Program-made: the position numbers and the translations under genes
From: Podarcis filfolensis
Taxonomy: Eukaryota
Assembly: GCA_964270895.1 (NCBI GenBank)
Contig: OZ185436.1
DNA length: 64,000 nucleotides
Strand: one strand, 5' to 3'
The notes under the pieces: generated by a model
Told to the model about the DNA's origin: nothing
What the model saw: the letters and a program-made list of their open reading frames with translations, nothing else
Databases searched by the model: none
Shown here: one piece after another, positions 37,401 through 52,809 of the stretch
Position numbering within the stretch: position 1 is the stretch's first letter
How the letters are laid out: the number at the start of each line of letters is the position of its first letter

Positions 37401-39437
37401 TAGGGCAACGGAGCCTGTCTTACGTGACAGGAAAAGGGGCAAGTTGCGTTAACAAGCCTGTGTTTGAGAGATTTAACTTTGTGCTTCTGGGTTTTCAACA
37501 TTCTCTAGTGTTATAGTGTCTTTTGTACCAACTTTCTTGCATAGCAGCCATGAGTTGTATGTGGACATATCAAGAGGCCGCATGGTGTCAGACAGCTCCG
37601 AGAAGCTGCAAGAACTGTAGGCAGGCTCATTGGCCTACAACTTCTGCACCCTGTTAGCTTCAGAACGCTGGGGATCACTGTTAACCAAGTGCTACCCTCC
37701 TGAGCAAGACTTTGCTCATCACCAGATGTGGCCTCCTTGCCTGACCACATCATGAAGAGAAAAAAGTGCTCAAACAATGGTGACCAGACAGGGTATCAGA
37801 AGGCTATTTAAGAGGGAGACAGGTACGTTTGAGAGATGAAAAGTGGTTTGAGAAGGGCTTCAGTTCCCATGTGTACACACACACATTTTTGTCCCACTGC
37901 CATCTCTGGTCAAAAAGATTTTGCAGTTTTTGAAAGTAATACCACAGCTATTAACCAGAGGTGAAAGTGGAATTCCACTTCCAAACTGTCTTCAACATTG
38001 GGGGAAAGTGGAGTGAATGAACTACAGTGTATCTGGGTTTAGCTAAGAAAATTAAAAAAGGAACCAAAAAGGATCTCATAGCTGTTTTCATCTCCAAGAA
38101 GTCTTACCTCTATATGAACTGGGAAAGCAGCTAGCATGCTTCAAATCAAGTTGCATCCCTTTGCTGTTCAGTCCCTAATGCTTGTTATTCTCAGAATGAC
38201 CCATTCACTTTTAGAACAGTTCACCCTAGTTTTCCAGTGCACCTCATTCCATCACTTCACTTGAGCAGACATCTCTTTAGAAGCCAACTTCAGTCAAACT
38301 AGAACAAGAAAGGAGTCTTGTAGCAGCATGAAAAACTGCTCTAGCATCCTAGCTAGCTAATGCAACACAAATAAGTTAGTTTGTAATGTGCCACAAGCTA
38401 TTGGTAGGCTGTCACTTTTTCAAGCCAAGCCTGAAAATATGTACATAGAAAAAGCAAAATTTAGATTAAGGAAAAAAGTGACATCATAGCCAACTACAGT
38501 TGCCATACATCTTGCTGAAAAAGTTCTTTAACTATGACCATAAGCAGAGACCCCAAAAGCAAAACACAAATGTCCAGAGACCTTGCAATATAGTTGTACC
38601 TCTGGAGATTAATACAATTAGTTTTCTCATAGACTGTGTTGATAATGGTTGATCTCTTACAAGAACAGGAATGTCTGTGTACCGTTAAAGTGGTTTATAT
38701 TTTGTCTGCCCAACTTTCAATGGCCTTGAATGGATGGATTTTGTACTAGGAGACTTTGTACAACACTATAGTTCATTACGTAACTTGACATGTGACATTT
38801 ATTTCATATACAAATAGTGTATTCTTTTGTAATCAGCAGGGTAGGAGCTTTCTATAAATATCAACATTCTATGGCAAATTATACGCACACACACGTCCAG
38901 TGAATCTGGCAATTGTGGAATGCTGGTGTAAACTTTAGGTAACAGACACATGATCCCATTTTCACAGCTATTTGATAATCTTAACTTTCCATCTTTAAGA
39001 TGCTAGCAGAATTCCCACAAACTAAAAATTAAATAGACTCAAAATATCACTTATATTGCTATTGCATTATTGATTGACTAGTAAGTTAAAACTAGCTAAT
39101 CCATTTTGTTAGCTGACCTCCTTAAAGTTGATCAGGACAGACAATACCCTCAATCTATGTACCTTCAGGCATGGCAATTAAACCGTAGGTAAAGAATCTC
39201 ACTGTGTCAGTGGCAAATGTGAGCACACATACTGCTCTCTAAGAAGATATATTCCACAACTTCCCATCCAGTGCCATCATTTAGCACCTGTCATTTGGAA
39301 GGCCCAAGTACTGTCTACTGTATTAGCGTTCAAACGTCTCAATGTCATCACAGCCCCTCGCTTTTTCCTCTTCTCCACACCACCCTGTCTTAAGTCATGC
39401 TTCAGAAATAAAAGTTCAGGTTTTTTTTAAACAAAAC

Positions 39438-39443
39438 TTTATT
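39438..39443 (-). terminator. Probable distal poly(A) signal of PRKACA (about 2 kb 3' UTR)
   Basis: AATAAA on the minus strand at the end of an AU/GU-rich UTR-like tract. A proximal AATAAA lies at 40864-40869. Confidence 0.55.
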
Positions 39444-41477
39444 GGTAATAGTTTCAAATATGTTTACAACAAAGCACACTGTTAAAGAGGAAGTAGGGTT
39501 TGTTTTTTTCTCAGTGAAACAAGTTTTGTTGGATTACATAGAAGTGTTTTTTTCTGAGGCAGGGAGCTGGTGGGTATTTTAACTCCCGCTGTCTCCCCAA
39601 CCCAACATAGAAGAGGCCAATGAGCTATTGGTGGGAAGAGGACGACGAGGAGTTGGAGGGGCAAGCAAAGCTTGCCTGCTCCTGACAGCGCTTCTGTATG
39701 TGTTATATGTCATCTATCAATCTAAAGAAGACTGCTTTTGCTCCCCAGCCACAGAAAGAAAACAAAAGAAAACTAAACTGGTGAATATAGAGTGTGTTTG
39801 GAGTGGGGTAGGTGAAGACAGAACACAAAGAGGCATTGCATTGGAAAGGGAGGGGGAGGAAAGAGTCGGAACAAATTAAATGGAGAGAAATGGGCTCCCC
39901 CTCCTCATCTTTGAGTCACAGCTCCCTCCGCATCCATGAGAAAAGACTCTAATAAAACAGATGCCACCTCTCATTCCCTGTCAGAACTGCAGGTCAAAAT
40001 GGAATGGGCCTTCCCAACACTTTCGTTTCTAAGCCCCTACCCCACCTCCGTTTACACCGGGATTTACATTTTCCACTCCCTCCTTACCGTCTTAACATTA
40101 AAAAAAAACCACATAGCAGGCCGATGGAGCCCTCAAGGACCGGTGCAATGGAGTTTCCACCAACAGACTGGAAAGATCCTTGCATTACAAAAACAGATGT
40201 CGGAGGTTGGAGTTGGGAAGGGTAGGATCCTAGCAGCCAATGCATTTTGCCTGCGACGGTCAAGCTCTATCTACATGGACTTTCTCCCACCCTGATGGCT
40301 CACCAAACGGGAGAAGCCCCTTTGAACCATGGCAACTAAGCTAGAGTCTATCTGATGTTTCACAGGGTGGACTAGATCCTGCTTGTTTCTCTTCCGTTCA
40401 GGCAGATGCTCCAAGAGTTGCCTGAAGTGGGGAAACTCATGTTGGGACATTTGGATTGGAGGGTGTGGTGATGGGAAGACTAGGGGAGGGGGAGAGAGAG
40501 AGAGGGAGGGAGAGAGAGAAGGGGTGTGTGCACATTTAAGAAAGACAAATTGAGACAAGCTTCTTTCTCTCAGTATGCCTTTGCCAGCTGGCAACCAGTC
40601 ACTGCTCCCTCCTACAGGTGTGAAAACTATTGCCCCCTTCTTTCCCCCAAAATAGGGAGACAAAGATTGGAAATAAAGTGTTTTTCTATCCAAAAAACAC
40701 ACACAAATTCTTCATGCTAAAACTCAGTTGTTTTTACAGAGTTAAAATTCCGGCTGAATTTAATTTAACGGTGCGGGAGACAGAGCGTATAAAAAAGCAC
40801 TGTGCCCTGCCTAGACTTTTAAAACCCTTTTTTATAAAGCCAGTCAACTATTTCTTTAAACTTTTTATTTAAAGATAATAAAAGGGGCCTGGAAAGGGGG
40901 AGGGACTGATAAAAGGACAGGAATTGTCCCATAGGGGAAGTTGAAAGGGTGGGGCCATTAACCTGTTCAGTGCTGGTCTAAACACCAAAGTGCTGTGTGG
41001 ATGTGGTTATTTCTTGCCCTAACCGCCCCCCCCTTCCAGAAATTCTTGCAATGCCCCATGAACCAGACCTTTCATAGGGGGTGATGAATGGCAAATATAT
41101 CCCCTTTCCCCTAAAAATAATAATAAAATAAAGCCACCAATAAACCAGGGACTGTCCAATTAGGGTTTGTGTGTGGTGGGGAGGAGGATTGGAGTCAATA
41201 TGAGGAGGAAGGGAATTTGTTGAAAACCTGCCTGAGAGTGGCTGGGAGCCACCTTACAGCTTTCAGTGGGAGGTGGATGGATGGCACTCCGACTGCTGCC
41301 TTTTCCACAGCTTCAAAATGAACTCCCCTTTTCTCTCTTCTGCCCAAACAGATTCAGGTGAACCCCAACACTCTCCCACCTCCCCAAATTAACATATAGG
41401 CAAGGAACTCTGGCCCTTGGGGCTGATCAAATCCAGCCCTTCCTTTTCCTGGGCACACAAAGCAAGGGGGACTGGCC

Positions 41478-41603
41478 CTAAAATTCTGCAAACTCCTTGG
41501 CGCACTTCTCACTGATGGACACCCGGATCTCCTCTTCCTCGTAGTCGTCAAAGTTACTTGTGTCGCCGGGGCCTTTGCACTTTGGTATAAAGGGAGCTTC
41601 CAC
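41478..41603 (-). CDS. PRKACA: PRKACA exon 10 ([41 protein letters not shown])
   Basis: 126 nt including TAG. Contains the FDDY, turn (RVS) and FxxF motifs. Assigned to C-alpha rather than C-beta from [13 protein letters not shown] and adjacency to SAMD1. Confidence 0.96.
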   Translation of the reverse strand: MEAPFIPKCKGPGDTSNFDDYEEEEIRVSISEKCAKEFAEF

Positions 41604-42429
41604 CTGCGGAGGGGACAAAGCGAGGAGTTATTAGGGGTCGTGTCTGCATGGGTTTAGGAGAGAGAAATGATACCATTCGCTGTGAAATTGGGCTCCCTGC
41701 GGGGTTGTTGGTTTAAGCCTTCTCAGTTTAACCAGAAACAAAAATAGGTGGGCAGGGGAGAGAGAGAGAGAGAGAACACATGTCATACAAGGGAACCTCA
41801 GGGTTGGGGGGCAAATGTACTCCTCTCTGACCTGTGGGACCCTTCCCAGACCACACACACCTCCCTGGCCCCACTTGCCTGACGGGAATAGGGCCTTGGG
41901 CTCTGGTAATACCTCTTGCTTGCCTGGATGGAAGGCAGAGGGTGGGTGGGTGTGCGCGCGCAAGCATCTGTAGAAAGGAGCCTATTGCACCATAAAATTC
42001 ACATCCACTGCTTTGCTCACTTTGGCTTCTGGCTTCACCCACCATCAGCATGTGGTCCCTGGAAGGCTGCCCAAAAGGGAATGTGGCCCTTGGGTACAGC
42101 TGAGCCTATTCCACAGGCAAGGAGAGCAACATGAGCTCTTCTTCACTCATAGCTTGAGCCCGCTAAAGGGCAAGCCAGATATGCCTGTGCTTTTTAATCA
42201 GGTCCTTGACTGCTTATCTCTCAGGTGGGGCTGAAATCTACTTTCTGAGTATCAAAAATGAGTTGGCAGGAGAGGGGAACAAAACTTTCCCCTTCTTTAC
42301 CTTGCCACACTTGGGTTACTTTAATCTCCTTTCCCTTTATCCCACTCTACTTCCAATACTGGAACTGGTTTGGGGGGAAATAATCTCAAAGCAGCATTAT
42401 ACACCTATAGGCGCGAGGCAAAAATGTTC

Positions 42430-42635
42430 CTTTTTAACCAGGTCTTTGATTGATTTGATTGACATCCTATGCCCTTTTAAAATGTGGTATTTTTTTGTTT
42501 CATTGGGGTGTGTTTATTGGGTTGTTGCTTTTATTTTGCTAATGTGTTTTGTGGTTTTTTATTTTTATTTTGTTTTGTGAACCACCCTGAGACCTCTGGA
42601 TATAGGGCGGTATATAAATTCAATAAATAATAAAA
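42430..42635 (+). mobile_element. L2-type LINE 3' tail
   Basis: tgtgaaccaccctgagacctctggatatagggcggtatataaattcaataaataa. A reverse-oriented relative lies at 44647-44712. Confidence 0.6.
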
Positions 42636-43529
42636 AAATATAATTATAATAAAACAAAAAGGAAAAGGGTAGATGGAGTAGCCCTTGATTCCCTTCCTTG
42701 TATGCCCACCCTGACATAAAACATGGCTCTCCCCACACCTGCACGTTACAGGCAAATGGGCAGGTACAGACTGAACAAAAACACACGTCTTGTTTGGCCC
42801 TGAATCAGGCCCAGCCAAAATGGAAGCTGTACCTACTGACCCCTGCCTTGCTGCTCAGCTTCCTCCTCTCAGCAGAGATGCATTTAATTGGGCCTGCTAT
42901 TTTCCCCCAGTTTAGGAGGAACTGAAACTTATAACCTTCATCTCCAGAATATTTGCAAATTAGGTAGGCAGCAGAACTAAGAGTAAACACGGTCAACGAC
43001 ATCATCCTATCCTGCCTCCCTTCAGCTTTTTCATACAAAGGGGTTTCTCAGCCTTGCCCGCTCCTCATGTTCTATGGGCAATTACTTTCATTTGGCCATT
43101 AGCAGATCCTATACCAGGAATGGCACTCCAAACTGTGCTGGATTCAAACTCCTGACCAGCAAGGTGGGAACTGGAGTCTGACAACATCTGGAAGGCTGCA
43201 GGCTTATACCATGGAAAGCAGCAAGTGACCAGAGAAGGTTTTTAGCATCCAGATGCCATTAGCAGCTGTGGGGCTGAAGCTTTCAATCAAATTCACAAAG
43301 GGAAGGTCTAAGAGAAGACATGATGATTTCCAACACAGCTGCAACAGTGGATTTAACTAGATCCTGGGATCTTTTCACAGATAACTAATAATCACAATAT
43401 GTCCCGAGATCCCATATCATTAATATTGGGCCTGCAAGTTCCACTGAAGTGTAAGAGCTGCTTCACATGCAGGTTTTCTCAACACAGAAATAAGCTTTGT
43501 GGATGGGGGGCTCTCTTGTTCGTGAGCTA

Positions 43530-43970
<441 letters not shown>

Positions 43971-45502
43971 TTATTATGCTCTGTAGCCAAAGCACTAATT
44001 CACCATATGTCTGCAATTGCAACATCTACCACAAAACTGGGGCCTTGGGAAGTTGCACCCATGCCCTGCTTGAGGACTTCCCATATGAATCTGGTTGGCC
44101 ACTGTGAGAACAGAATCTAGCAGGCTCTTCTTATGTCCTTAAATGTTAACACTGCACATTCCCACAAATCCTAGAATTTATTCTAACAAGAACTTCTAGC
44201 TGCCACAGAGACAGAGATGTGCATATCCCTCCGGAAACACTCTAAACACAAGAGGGACAGAAGGAGGGCTTTTACTAACACACTTGGAACGCTTGCCTCT
44301 CTCTCTTTAAATTGATTTATAACTTCTGAATTTTAACAAAATGGTCTGACTGGTTTGGCACAGGAACTGCTGAAAGAGAGAAATTCACATGCACACACAA
44401 ATGTACAACGGACGCGATGTCCCCTGAACTACTTTTTTAAAAACTGAAAACAATTTAAGAAGCAGTTTGGCAAAAGAAGTTGACAGCAAGAAAACCCTTA
44501 AATATAATACAGGTGCTCTTTGCACTTGCTTCTCAGCAATGTATCTCACCTAAATGAAATTCAGGGTGGCTAGTGGGTTTGAAGAACTTCAATCAGAAGC
44601 CCTAGGAGCAAACGCCCTAAGAAAAAAGCACTGGCAAAGTGGCTATATTTATTTTATTTGTGTATTAAATTTGTATACCACCCTTCATCCAAAGATCTCA
44701 GGGCAGTTCACATATATGTGCTTACTGTAACCTACATTTTGTTCTACCACAGAAAGATATTAGATAGATAAAAAGGTAGAATGTTATCAGGCAGAGATTA
44801 GTAGGGATGTGGCGCTAGGTTATGCACATATTTACACCAGAGTTTTTAAAGGGGCTTAAGGCATTAGGCAATGTGATTCTATGAAGCAATGAGGATCCCC
44901 AAGCAATGATCTTAGGTTTCCTTGGCAGGGTGGTGGAAACAGATGAATCAGTTTGAAAAAATCTGGCTCAAATCTGTAGTGTAGACGTGCCCTGTAAAGT
45001 ACATTTAGTGTACCAGTTTAAATGTAAGAGTAGAATTTTATACAAGCTTCACCAAGATCAAATGTAAGTATCACAGAGTCTGGCTTAGCCTCTTCTCTTA
45101 GTATTGTGAAAGGAGCTACTTCTACCCAGATTCCCTTTCTCTTTTAAGCAGAGCACCTAATCTTGATTAATGGTTACTTGCTATTCATTCTGCTGAGATC
45201 TGTGCTAGACTGTCATCATGACCAACCGTGTTTAACCCTCAGTCATTATTACTTGGATGACTTATCTAAGTAAAAGCCCACCCTCACAGAGGTGCACAAG
45301 TATCATCAGTTTCTTTTGCAGAGAACCAAACCTGATCAAGCGCATAACATTTTGACTATGTTTTTTATATGCAACCTTAGCTGAGCTGTCCTGATGCAAG
45401 AACCTATCACAAACAAGGTTCTGGGAGCTTTTATATTAATTCAACTAGTTAATAGTAATGCCTCATGCCCAACTGTGATACTAAGTGCTAATAATAGTGA
45501 TG

Positions 45503-45504
<2 letters not shown>

Positions 45505-45550
<46 letters not shown>

Positions 45551-45576
45551 GTAGTAGTAGTAGTAGTAGTAGTAGT
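45505..45576 (+). repeat. Compound microsatellite (AAT)15(AGT)9 in PRKACA intron 8
   Basis: Direct read. Confidence 0.95.
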
Positions 45577-46728
45577 ATCACAGCAATCTTAACAAGGACA
45601 AATCCTTTGCTGAAGGACATTGTGGGGATCCATAACACACCTGCACAAATTTCAAATCCAAAGTAAACTGCGGTCAGTGCCATAGAATAACTGTTATCCA
45701 CAATGCATGTTTATTCGTCAACAATTAGTTGACTCAATAGAAGATCTTAGGTGTTACTGAGAAAGGCCGGGTCTGTACAGCTCCTGGCCTAATAGCCTGA
45801 CTCAAATGGCAACTTAATACTGATTATTTTAGCATTAACCACCTGAGAAATCAAAGTTGGCAAGTAGGGCCCAGTGAAAATTCATAGGATAAATGGCAGG
45901 GAAGGGATAAAAGGACAGCTGGACTCAAAGAGAGCATGCATGTTCTGGAGCAGCAGAACAAGAGCAAGCCCCAGCCATCTGAAAGCTAGCATGCACATAT
46001 ATCCACTGATCTCCATTACTTTCGTTTAGTTTTCTTGGGTGGGGGAGGTGTTCCTTTGACATCACACATTTTCCTGCAAAGCTCTTCCAACACTGCCCTG
46101 CCACACCTCAGTCCTTTAGGCCATGTTACAAATTCTAAGAGCAATATTCTGAAAACTCACAGCGTTGCAGTTACAGAGAGCTTGAGTTGCATGTCTCCCC
46201 CTTTCTGCAGTTTTACTCTGTTTAACTTATAAAACTCCACTTTGTGCTTTTCTGATCTTTTTTTGCGCTGCTTGGCCTCACATTACTCTAGGAGTCTCAC
46301 CTGGGAGAACTGCCAAGTATTACAGACACTGGAATTCTAGACTCAGAAAATCCATATTCCACTTAGCCTGTAGAATTCTTCAACTAATTTCTTCTTCACA
46401 CTGAAGACTAGAGCCTTAAGTTTGTTTAAAGTATACGAAATTTGAGACTCAGTATTCAAATGAAGCCAACAGATCTGCCCCTTTCCTCAAAATAAGGTCA
46501 GACTATGAATATAACTGCAGCCATCTAGATTTCCAGACATTTGTTCCTGTGGTGAAAGCTGCAAGCAGCACCAAAAAATAGCTGGAAGATTTGCCAAGAA
46601 AATACAGAGGGGGTTTCCGTTCACAGTCTGCTGAATTCCACCTACTCCAACATTTATTTGGCAGGTAAACACAGCAGGTCCATGCTTCACCGAACATTAT
46701 AAATGTATGCACTGTATAGTGTGAGCTA

Positions 46729-47004
<276 letters not shown>

Positions 47005-47126
47005 TCACAAACACCAAGGATGATCGGCACTTAATTGCAGTGTACTGCAAGATATCGAGATGAACACAGTCTTCTTTCTGGGCTGAACGAGGCCCAAAAC
47101 ACTGTTCCTGAGTACAGGTGTCTCAC

Positions 47127-47222
47127 CTTGCTCAGAATGATTTCAGGAGCCAGGTATTCTGGAGTCCCACAAAGGGTCCATGTTCGGCCTTTCACTCGTT
47201 TGGCAAAGCCAAAATCTGTCAC
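47127..47222 (-). CDS. PRKACA: PRKACA exon 7 (DFG, activation loop [11 protein letters not shown])
   Basis: 96 nt, AAG|gtgaga donor. Confidence 0.97.
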
Positions 47223-47721
47223 CTGGAGGTAAGAGAAAATTAACAAAGCTGAGTTCTCCACACCAATAGGGTCAGCAGCACAAAGGAAGTGATGGAGGCT
47301 TGCACAAACCCCAGCACATGGAGAGGTGATGTTTTGGGTGGAGTATCTATAAGAGAGAAGATTTTGTTTCCAAAGGTAAGTATCACTTTCTAAACAGCAA
47401 CTGCTCGTAATGAATGTTTTCTAAAAATGCTCCCCACTTGCCACCAAAATAGGAAAAGTGCATCTGGTGGTTTGGAGCCCCTTTCGGTGGGGCGGGGCGG
47501 GGAATCGACTACCTGATATTCAAAGCACAAATGATAGAAAGAAATGATAAACCTTTAGATTTTATGTCAACTCCAAAATTTCCTAAGAAGTTACTTATGC
47601 TTGTCAAAATCCAGTCCTTTCTTAAAAAACCAATTGTTACAGTTATTTGGGAAAAGAAACAGTATTCCTAGACATACTGACAAGGAGAGGAATTCTCAAA
47701 ATGCTGTGCGGCAGAATCTCA

Positions 47722-47898
<177 letters not shown>

Positions 47899-47957
47899 TC
47901 ATAGGCCACCTCCAATGTATGCCAGCTGAGTATTCACCTTCACTGATCCCCATAAAC

Positions 47958-48087
47958 CAGGGCTGGAGAACCTGTGGCCCTCCAGAGCACTGTTGGGTTG
48001 GGCTCCAACTCCCATCAGCCCCAACCAGCTGAGTCAGGGATGACGGGAGCTGTACTCTCAGCAAAAGGGCTCAGGTTTCCACCCCTG
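47958..48087. mobile_element. Palindromic hAT MITE, same family as 11120
   Basis: CAGGG...CCCTG ends and TSD ccataaac / ccacaaac. Confidence 0.8.
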
Positions 48088-49025
48088 CCACAAACCAATA
48101 CCATAAGACCAGATCTCTCCCCTGTTCCCCATTCAACAGGACCTTGAGTCTTCAGCTGGAAGTTATCTCACACATTTCACTCATGCTCTCCCTGCCCCAC
48201 CTCTGGCTGAACCCATGCAGAATCTCTTCCCTTATTCTGACCATCTTCTTATGTAGGTGTAATCATTGCAACAATCCTGTAAGGTAGGTCATTACTATTT
48301 ACTCTCCGTGCTGCAGGTGGTGGGGCTGAGGCTGTGAGACAGAACTTTGCATAATGCCATGTAGTTGAGTTCATGGCAGAGGCACCATTCGGACTGGGGG
48401 CTTCCTGGTCCGTCGCTCAGTCTCAGTGCTATGCCAGTTCTAGACTGTTCTACAAGATGGCAGTTTATCTGAAGCACACATAACTACACAGTTAAATGAG
48501 AGCATGTTAACAAGCATCCCGCTTTCCATACAGTAAATGGATACAAAGCAAGATAGAAGCATGTTCTATGGTGGTAGCTTCTATACTGAAGTCTCCGCTA
48601 ACAATACTCTGATGAAAAGCACTCCGCTCATATGGGCCTGTCAAGCCAGGTCACCCCTTGCCCCTTAGTGTTAAAGAGAATAATCAGGAACTCAGTGTCA
48701 TTGCCACCACACTCTGATAGGAATGATCTGCTCTTTGCAAGTCACCAGCTTCACATCCAGGAGGATGGGAATTAATGTCAAAGCAAATGCAGCTTCTGTC
48801 CTATCATTAGACTTTTTCTAAACTGCATATTCTTTACCCCAGAAGTTAGGGCTTGCTGGAAGGGGAAGATATCCTCCACTCAACTTTAAAGTGCAGAACA
48901 AGAGAAACCTAGTTCTTTCCTGGTTCCTTTCCCCTGTTCTAACCCAGGAAGCCCAACTCTCAGCTCTTCTGTTCCCACAACTGAGAGCATCATCCCAACC
49001 TTACAATGAGAGGGGAGCACACTCA

Positions 49026-49115
<90 letters not shown>

Positions 49116-51221
49116 TCAAGGGCAGAAACAACTCAGGGTCCTGGCCAGCACTGCTTTGCACCCACCCCAACCTTGTATGTTCAGGGCCACAGCTCTCCAA
49201 TTTATTTACTTCTACTGCCTTTCTGCAGTGACGCTTGCACCAGCGTACTCACACATCCATAGGAGCACTCTAGAACAGGAACTGGGTTTGCTGTGGGGCT
49301 GGGAGAAAGGACTATATACACCACAGAATTCAAGTTCCTGCCAATTTCCTTTAAAAAAATGAAGTATCTTGCCCTTGCAGTTGCAGATAAAAAACCAAAA
49401 TGTTGATACAGTGCCTACAGACTAGGTGGTGGTGAAGGAACAGGTCACAGCATTTCAGATCAGTACTTCATTCCTTCACATGGCTACACTTTCCTAACTG
49501 CCCCCAATTCCAATCTTCACGTTTGTTCCCTAGTCCATCACTCTCTACCACCATTGCCTTGCTTCCCACTCAATAAATGCAAGTTCTTTAAAATCTGAGT
49601 GTATACAAGTTCCTTGTCCTCTAGTCCCCATTCATTTGCACAACTTATTTGCACAACGATCGTATAGTTTTGCTTGGTGCAAAACTGTTTCTATAGCAGA
49701 GTGTTTTGGTTTTAGTGCTATGTTCAGAGTCTTTTCCTGCCATGACCTTAAAAAAAAGGCAACAACTTCAAAAGTAGCTGTTACTAAGGTGAACTCAAAC
49801 CTCATAGTACCTGGTCATGTAGGATAAGACTAATAATGACCGCTAGTCATGATAACTATAGTAACTCCACTATGGGGTAGCAGGCCTCTCAATACCAGTT
49901 CATAAACAAAAAAGTGTTGTGCTCAGATCCTGTTTGTGGCTCCCCATAGGCACCTGGTTGGCTAGTATGGACTGTTGGGCAGAATGCTGGACTAGATGGG
50001 CTTTTGGGCTGATCCAGCAAGGATCTTCTTGTAGGCTTACAGAATTACTCTCACTACCAAGGGAATGAATTATACACACAGTCTAACACCAACCAACTTG
50101 GAAGCAAGTCCCGCTAACATCAATGGGACTTACTGCCGAGGAAATAGTATTTAGAATTAAGATACTTTTTTTTTTTAACCCCCAAAGTCTGCAACTGAAA
50201 CAATCTCTGCAAGGTAGCATGAATGTATTTGTTCAGGCTTTATTCTGATTGAGAGGTAAGCTTTTGACATGGCATTGTCAAGGACTGCTATAGCAGAGGG
50301 GAAATGGGAAGGAACCTATGAGACAGCAGTAGAGGCCTCCTCTTCTGGTTGAGCTTTCAAACAGCCACTGTGTCCATGGTTTTAGGTTACAGCCACAAAG
50401 GGTATATAAACATGCATATTTCCTTCAAAGCAGATTTTTTAAAAATGGTTCTGCCCTTTGTGGCAATAGGTAGGACTCAATGGCTTTTTATATCCTTTCT
50501 ATGTAGCTGAGGTGAACGGAAGCCTGCAAAACCTTGATTTAGAGCTGCATTAATAGACAAGGCACAGTTGCCTTGTCACATAGTCCAGACTTACATGCTC
50601 CCTATAGCACTTTCACATTGACTTAAAAGTAAATCCGACTGAATTCAACGAGGCTTACTTCTAGGTAAGTGGTGTTAGGATTGCAGCCTTACTTACTGTA
50701 TTTATATAAGGCAACCCAGTAAGACTGTTCTCTGGGTAACTCAAACACAAAATGATAAAATACTGTTGGCTTTATTAAACATTTTGTATGCTTATAGTGC
50801 CCACTTGTTTACTTGCCCAAAACTCCACCAACACCAGAAAGAGCTAGGACAAAACAAAATATTGAAGGCCTATCATAAGGAAGAGTTTTGATGGCCTATC
50901 ATGACAACGTGTGCTCTAGCCCAGGAGATCCACCTACCCAGGCTGCTCCCAAAGGGGAAGCACACTGTACCTACTGTACCGGCACAGAAAGTATCCAGCC
51001 AGCTGGGCTTGCCTGCAATGGTGGATGCTCAGCTAGCCACAAGCCCAGACAAGGGCAAAAAGATTAGCTGGGTGCTATGGTAAAGTGGTTAGTTTCCCTT
51101 AAGTATCTGGTTGGCCACTGTGTGCCTTTGATCTGATGCAGCAGAGCAGATGTCCAAAGGAACAGAAAGCCAGAGAATGAATATTTAGGGTGGGGGGAGA
51201 GAGTGCAAAGACACCCTTTAC

Positions 51222-51320
51222 CTTAAAAGAATACTCTAGCCTGACAAGGAATGGGAAGTTCACAGCCTGGAGAATGCGCTTTTCATTGAGGGTGTGCTCG
51301 ATCTGCTTCAGCTTAACAAC
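51222..51320 (-). CDS. PRKACA: PRKACA exon 4 ([33 protein letters not shown])
   Basis: 99 nt. The upstream intron is only 98 nt. Confidence 0.97.
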
Positions 51321-51418
51321 CTGCAAGACAGAAAGGAAGTCAACCAGAGTCAGTTGGGCCTCCCTCTTGCCAACCTCAGGCACCAACTCCCAGAACTCAA
51401 CGACAGGCTCAAACTCAC

Positions 51419-51547
51419 TTTCTGCTTGTCAAGGATCTTCATGGCAAAGTAATTCCCGGTCTCCTTGTGCTTCACGAGCATCACCCGCCCAAAAGAGCCT
51501 GTACCCAGGGTCTTGAGCCGGTCGAAGTGATCCAGGCTGGACGTATT
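51419..51547 (-). CDS. PRKACA: PRKACA exon 3 (Gly-rich loop [12 protein letters not shown])
   Basis: 129 nt, ttcag| acceptor and AAA|gtgagt donor. Confidence 0.97.
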
Positions 51548-52809
51548 CTGAAAAAGGATTTTGAAAATAATAATATAAAAAGCAGAGGAAGACAATCTGT
51601 CAAGGACACCAGGCGCTAGTCATCAGATTTTGGGGACCCTTAAGTGGCCGTGAGAGTTCAAAATGCCGGCTTACTAGTTTCATTTTAAAGATAACCCTTC
51701 AGGCAGTACCATGCCTTCCCATGCCATATTAAAGCAGCAACTGTTATTGAAGAGGATCATCCCTGTGGCGTGCCAACTCTTCTCCCTGAAACTTGCAGCG
51801 TTCTTGGGGTTTGAGACACAGATAGCTTTTTACCACGAGAGGGCGCAAAAGGCAAGAGTTTTTAGAGAGAAAGACATACAATCCTCCTGCATACTGAACA
51901 GCAAGAAAATCAAACTCAATCCACAAAAAGGACTGTACATACACCCAACACTCACTACACTATCTGTAATAACCTAGAAACTAGCAGCAACAGGTTAAGC
52001 CTTAGAGCCTGACAAATAAAACAGTAATATCCCCAAATATCACACTTATTGCAAAATACAACCAGATGTAATGACACCTTTATGCAGGGGGCAGCAAATG
52101 GAACAAGCCAAAACAGCGAGAGCATCCAAATTTCCAGGCCAATTTACACAGTCATTTTATTGCCATGAAGCAGTTATTTTGGCAGTCACCTTCTGGGAGT
52201 TATTTGCTGAAAAGCTAAAGCATTGGACCTGTTAGTTGAGCAGTGAGGTATTCATCAGATATTGCAGGGAAGAAAATACCTTATTCAGCTAGAGGGAGAT
52301 TGCATTCCCCTTTCTGTAATATGGTCTGCTAACACCAAAGAGTATATGTGATAGGTGAAGGGCTTCTGAGCCTTGCTTAGTAATTTGGAAAGATCTTGAC
52401 TATTTGTTCCTTGTCATGCAAGCAACTGGCAAACCTTACTGTCAGGCACATCTTCCAAAGTGTCTTAGAACTGCAAAAGGTAAACTAATCCAAAGCTGAC
52501 TCTCTTCCTGTGTTTCCATCTTGGACACCTCACTCTCCTCCTGTATTGTATCCCTGCAAAATTATTCCTAGAAAAGGGGCAATTCCAGAATAACCTGGGG
52601 ACTGAAACACCTGTCTCAGCGCCTATTTCTTCAGCAGGATAATTTAGGATGTCCACCAGCATCAAGACTTTTGCCTTTGGTGTAACTAGCAATAACAAAG
52701 GTTTGGCAAGATCCTTCCAAAGCCTTGTTTTAAAAAGTTACACTGGTCACATTTTATACACATAAAAAACAAGTGAATGCAGACCCAAATGGGCTTCCAC
52801 ACAGCCAGT

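Noticed and set aside
45394-45701. ORFs with poly-N/poly-S and poly-L
   Set aside because: They are translations of the compound microsatellite.
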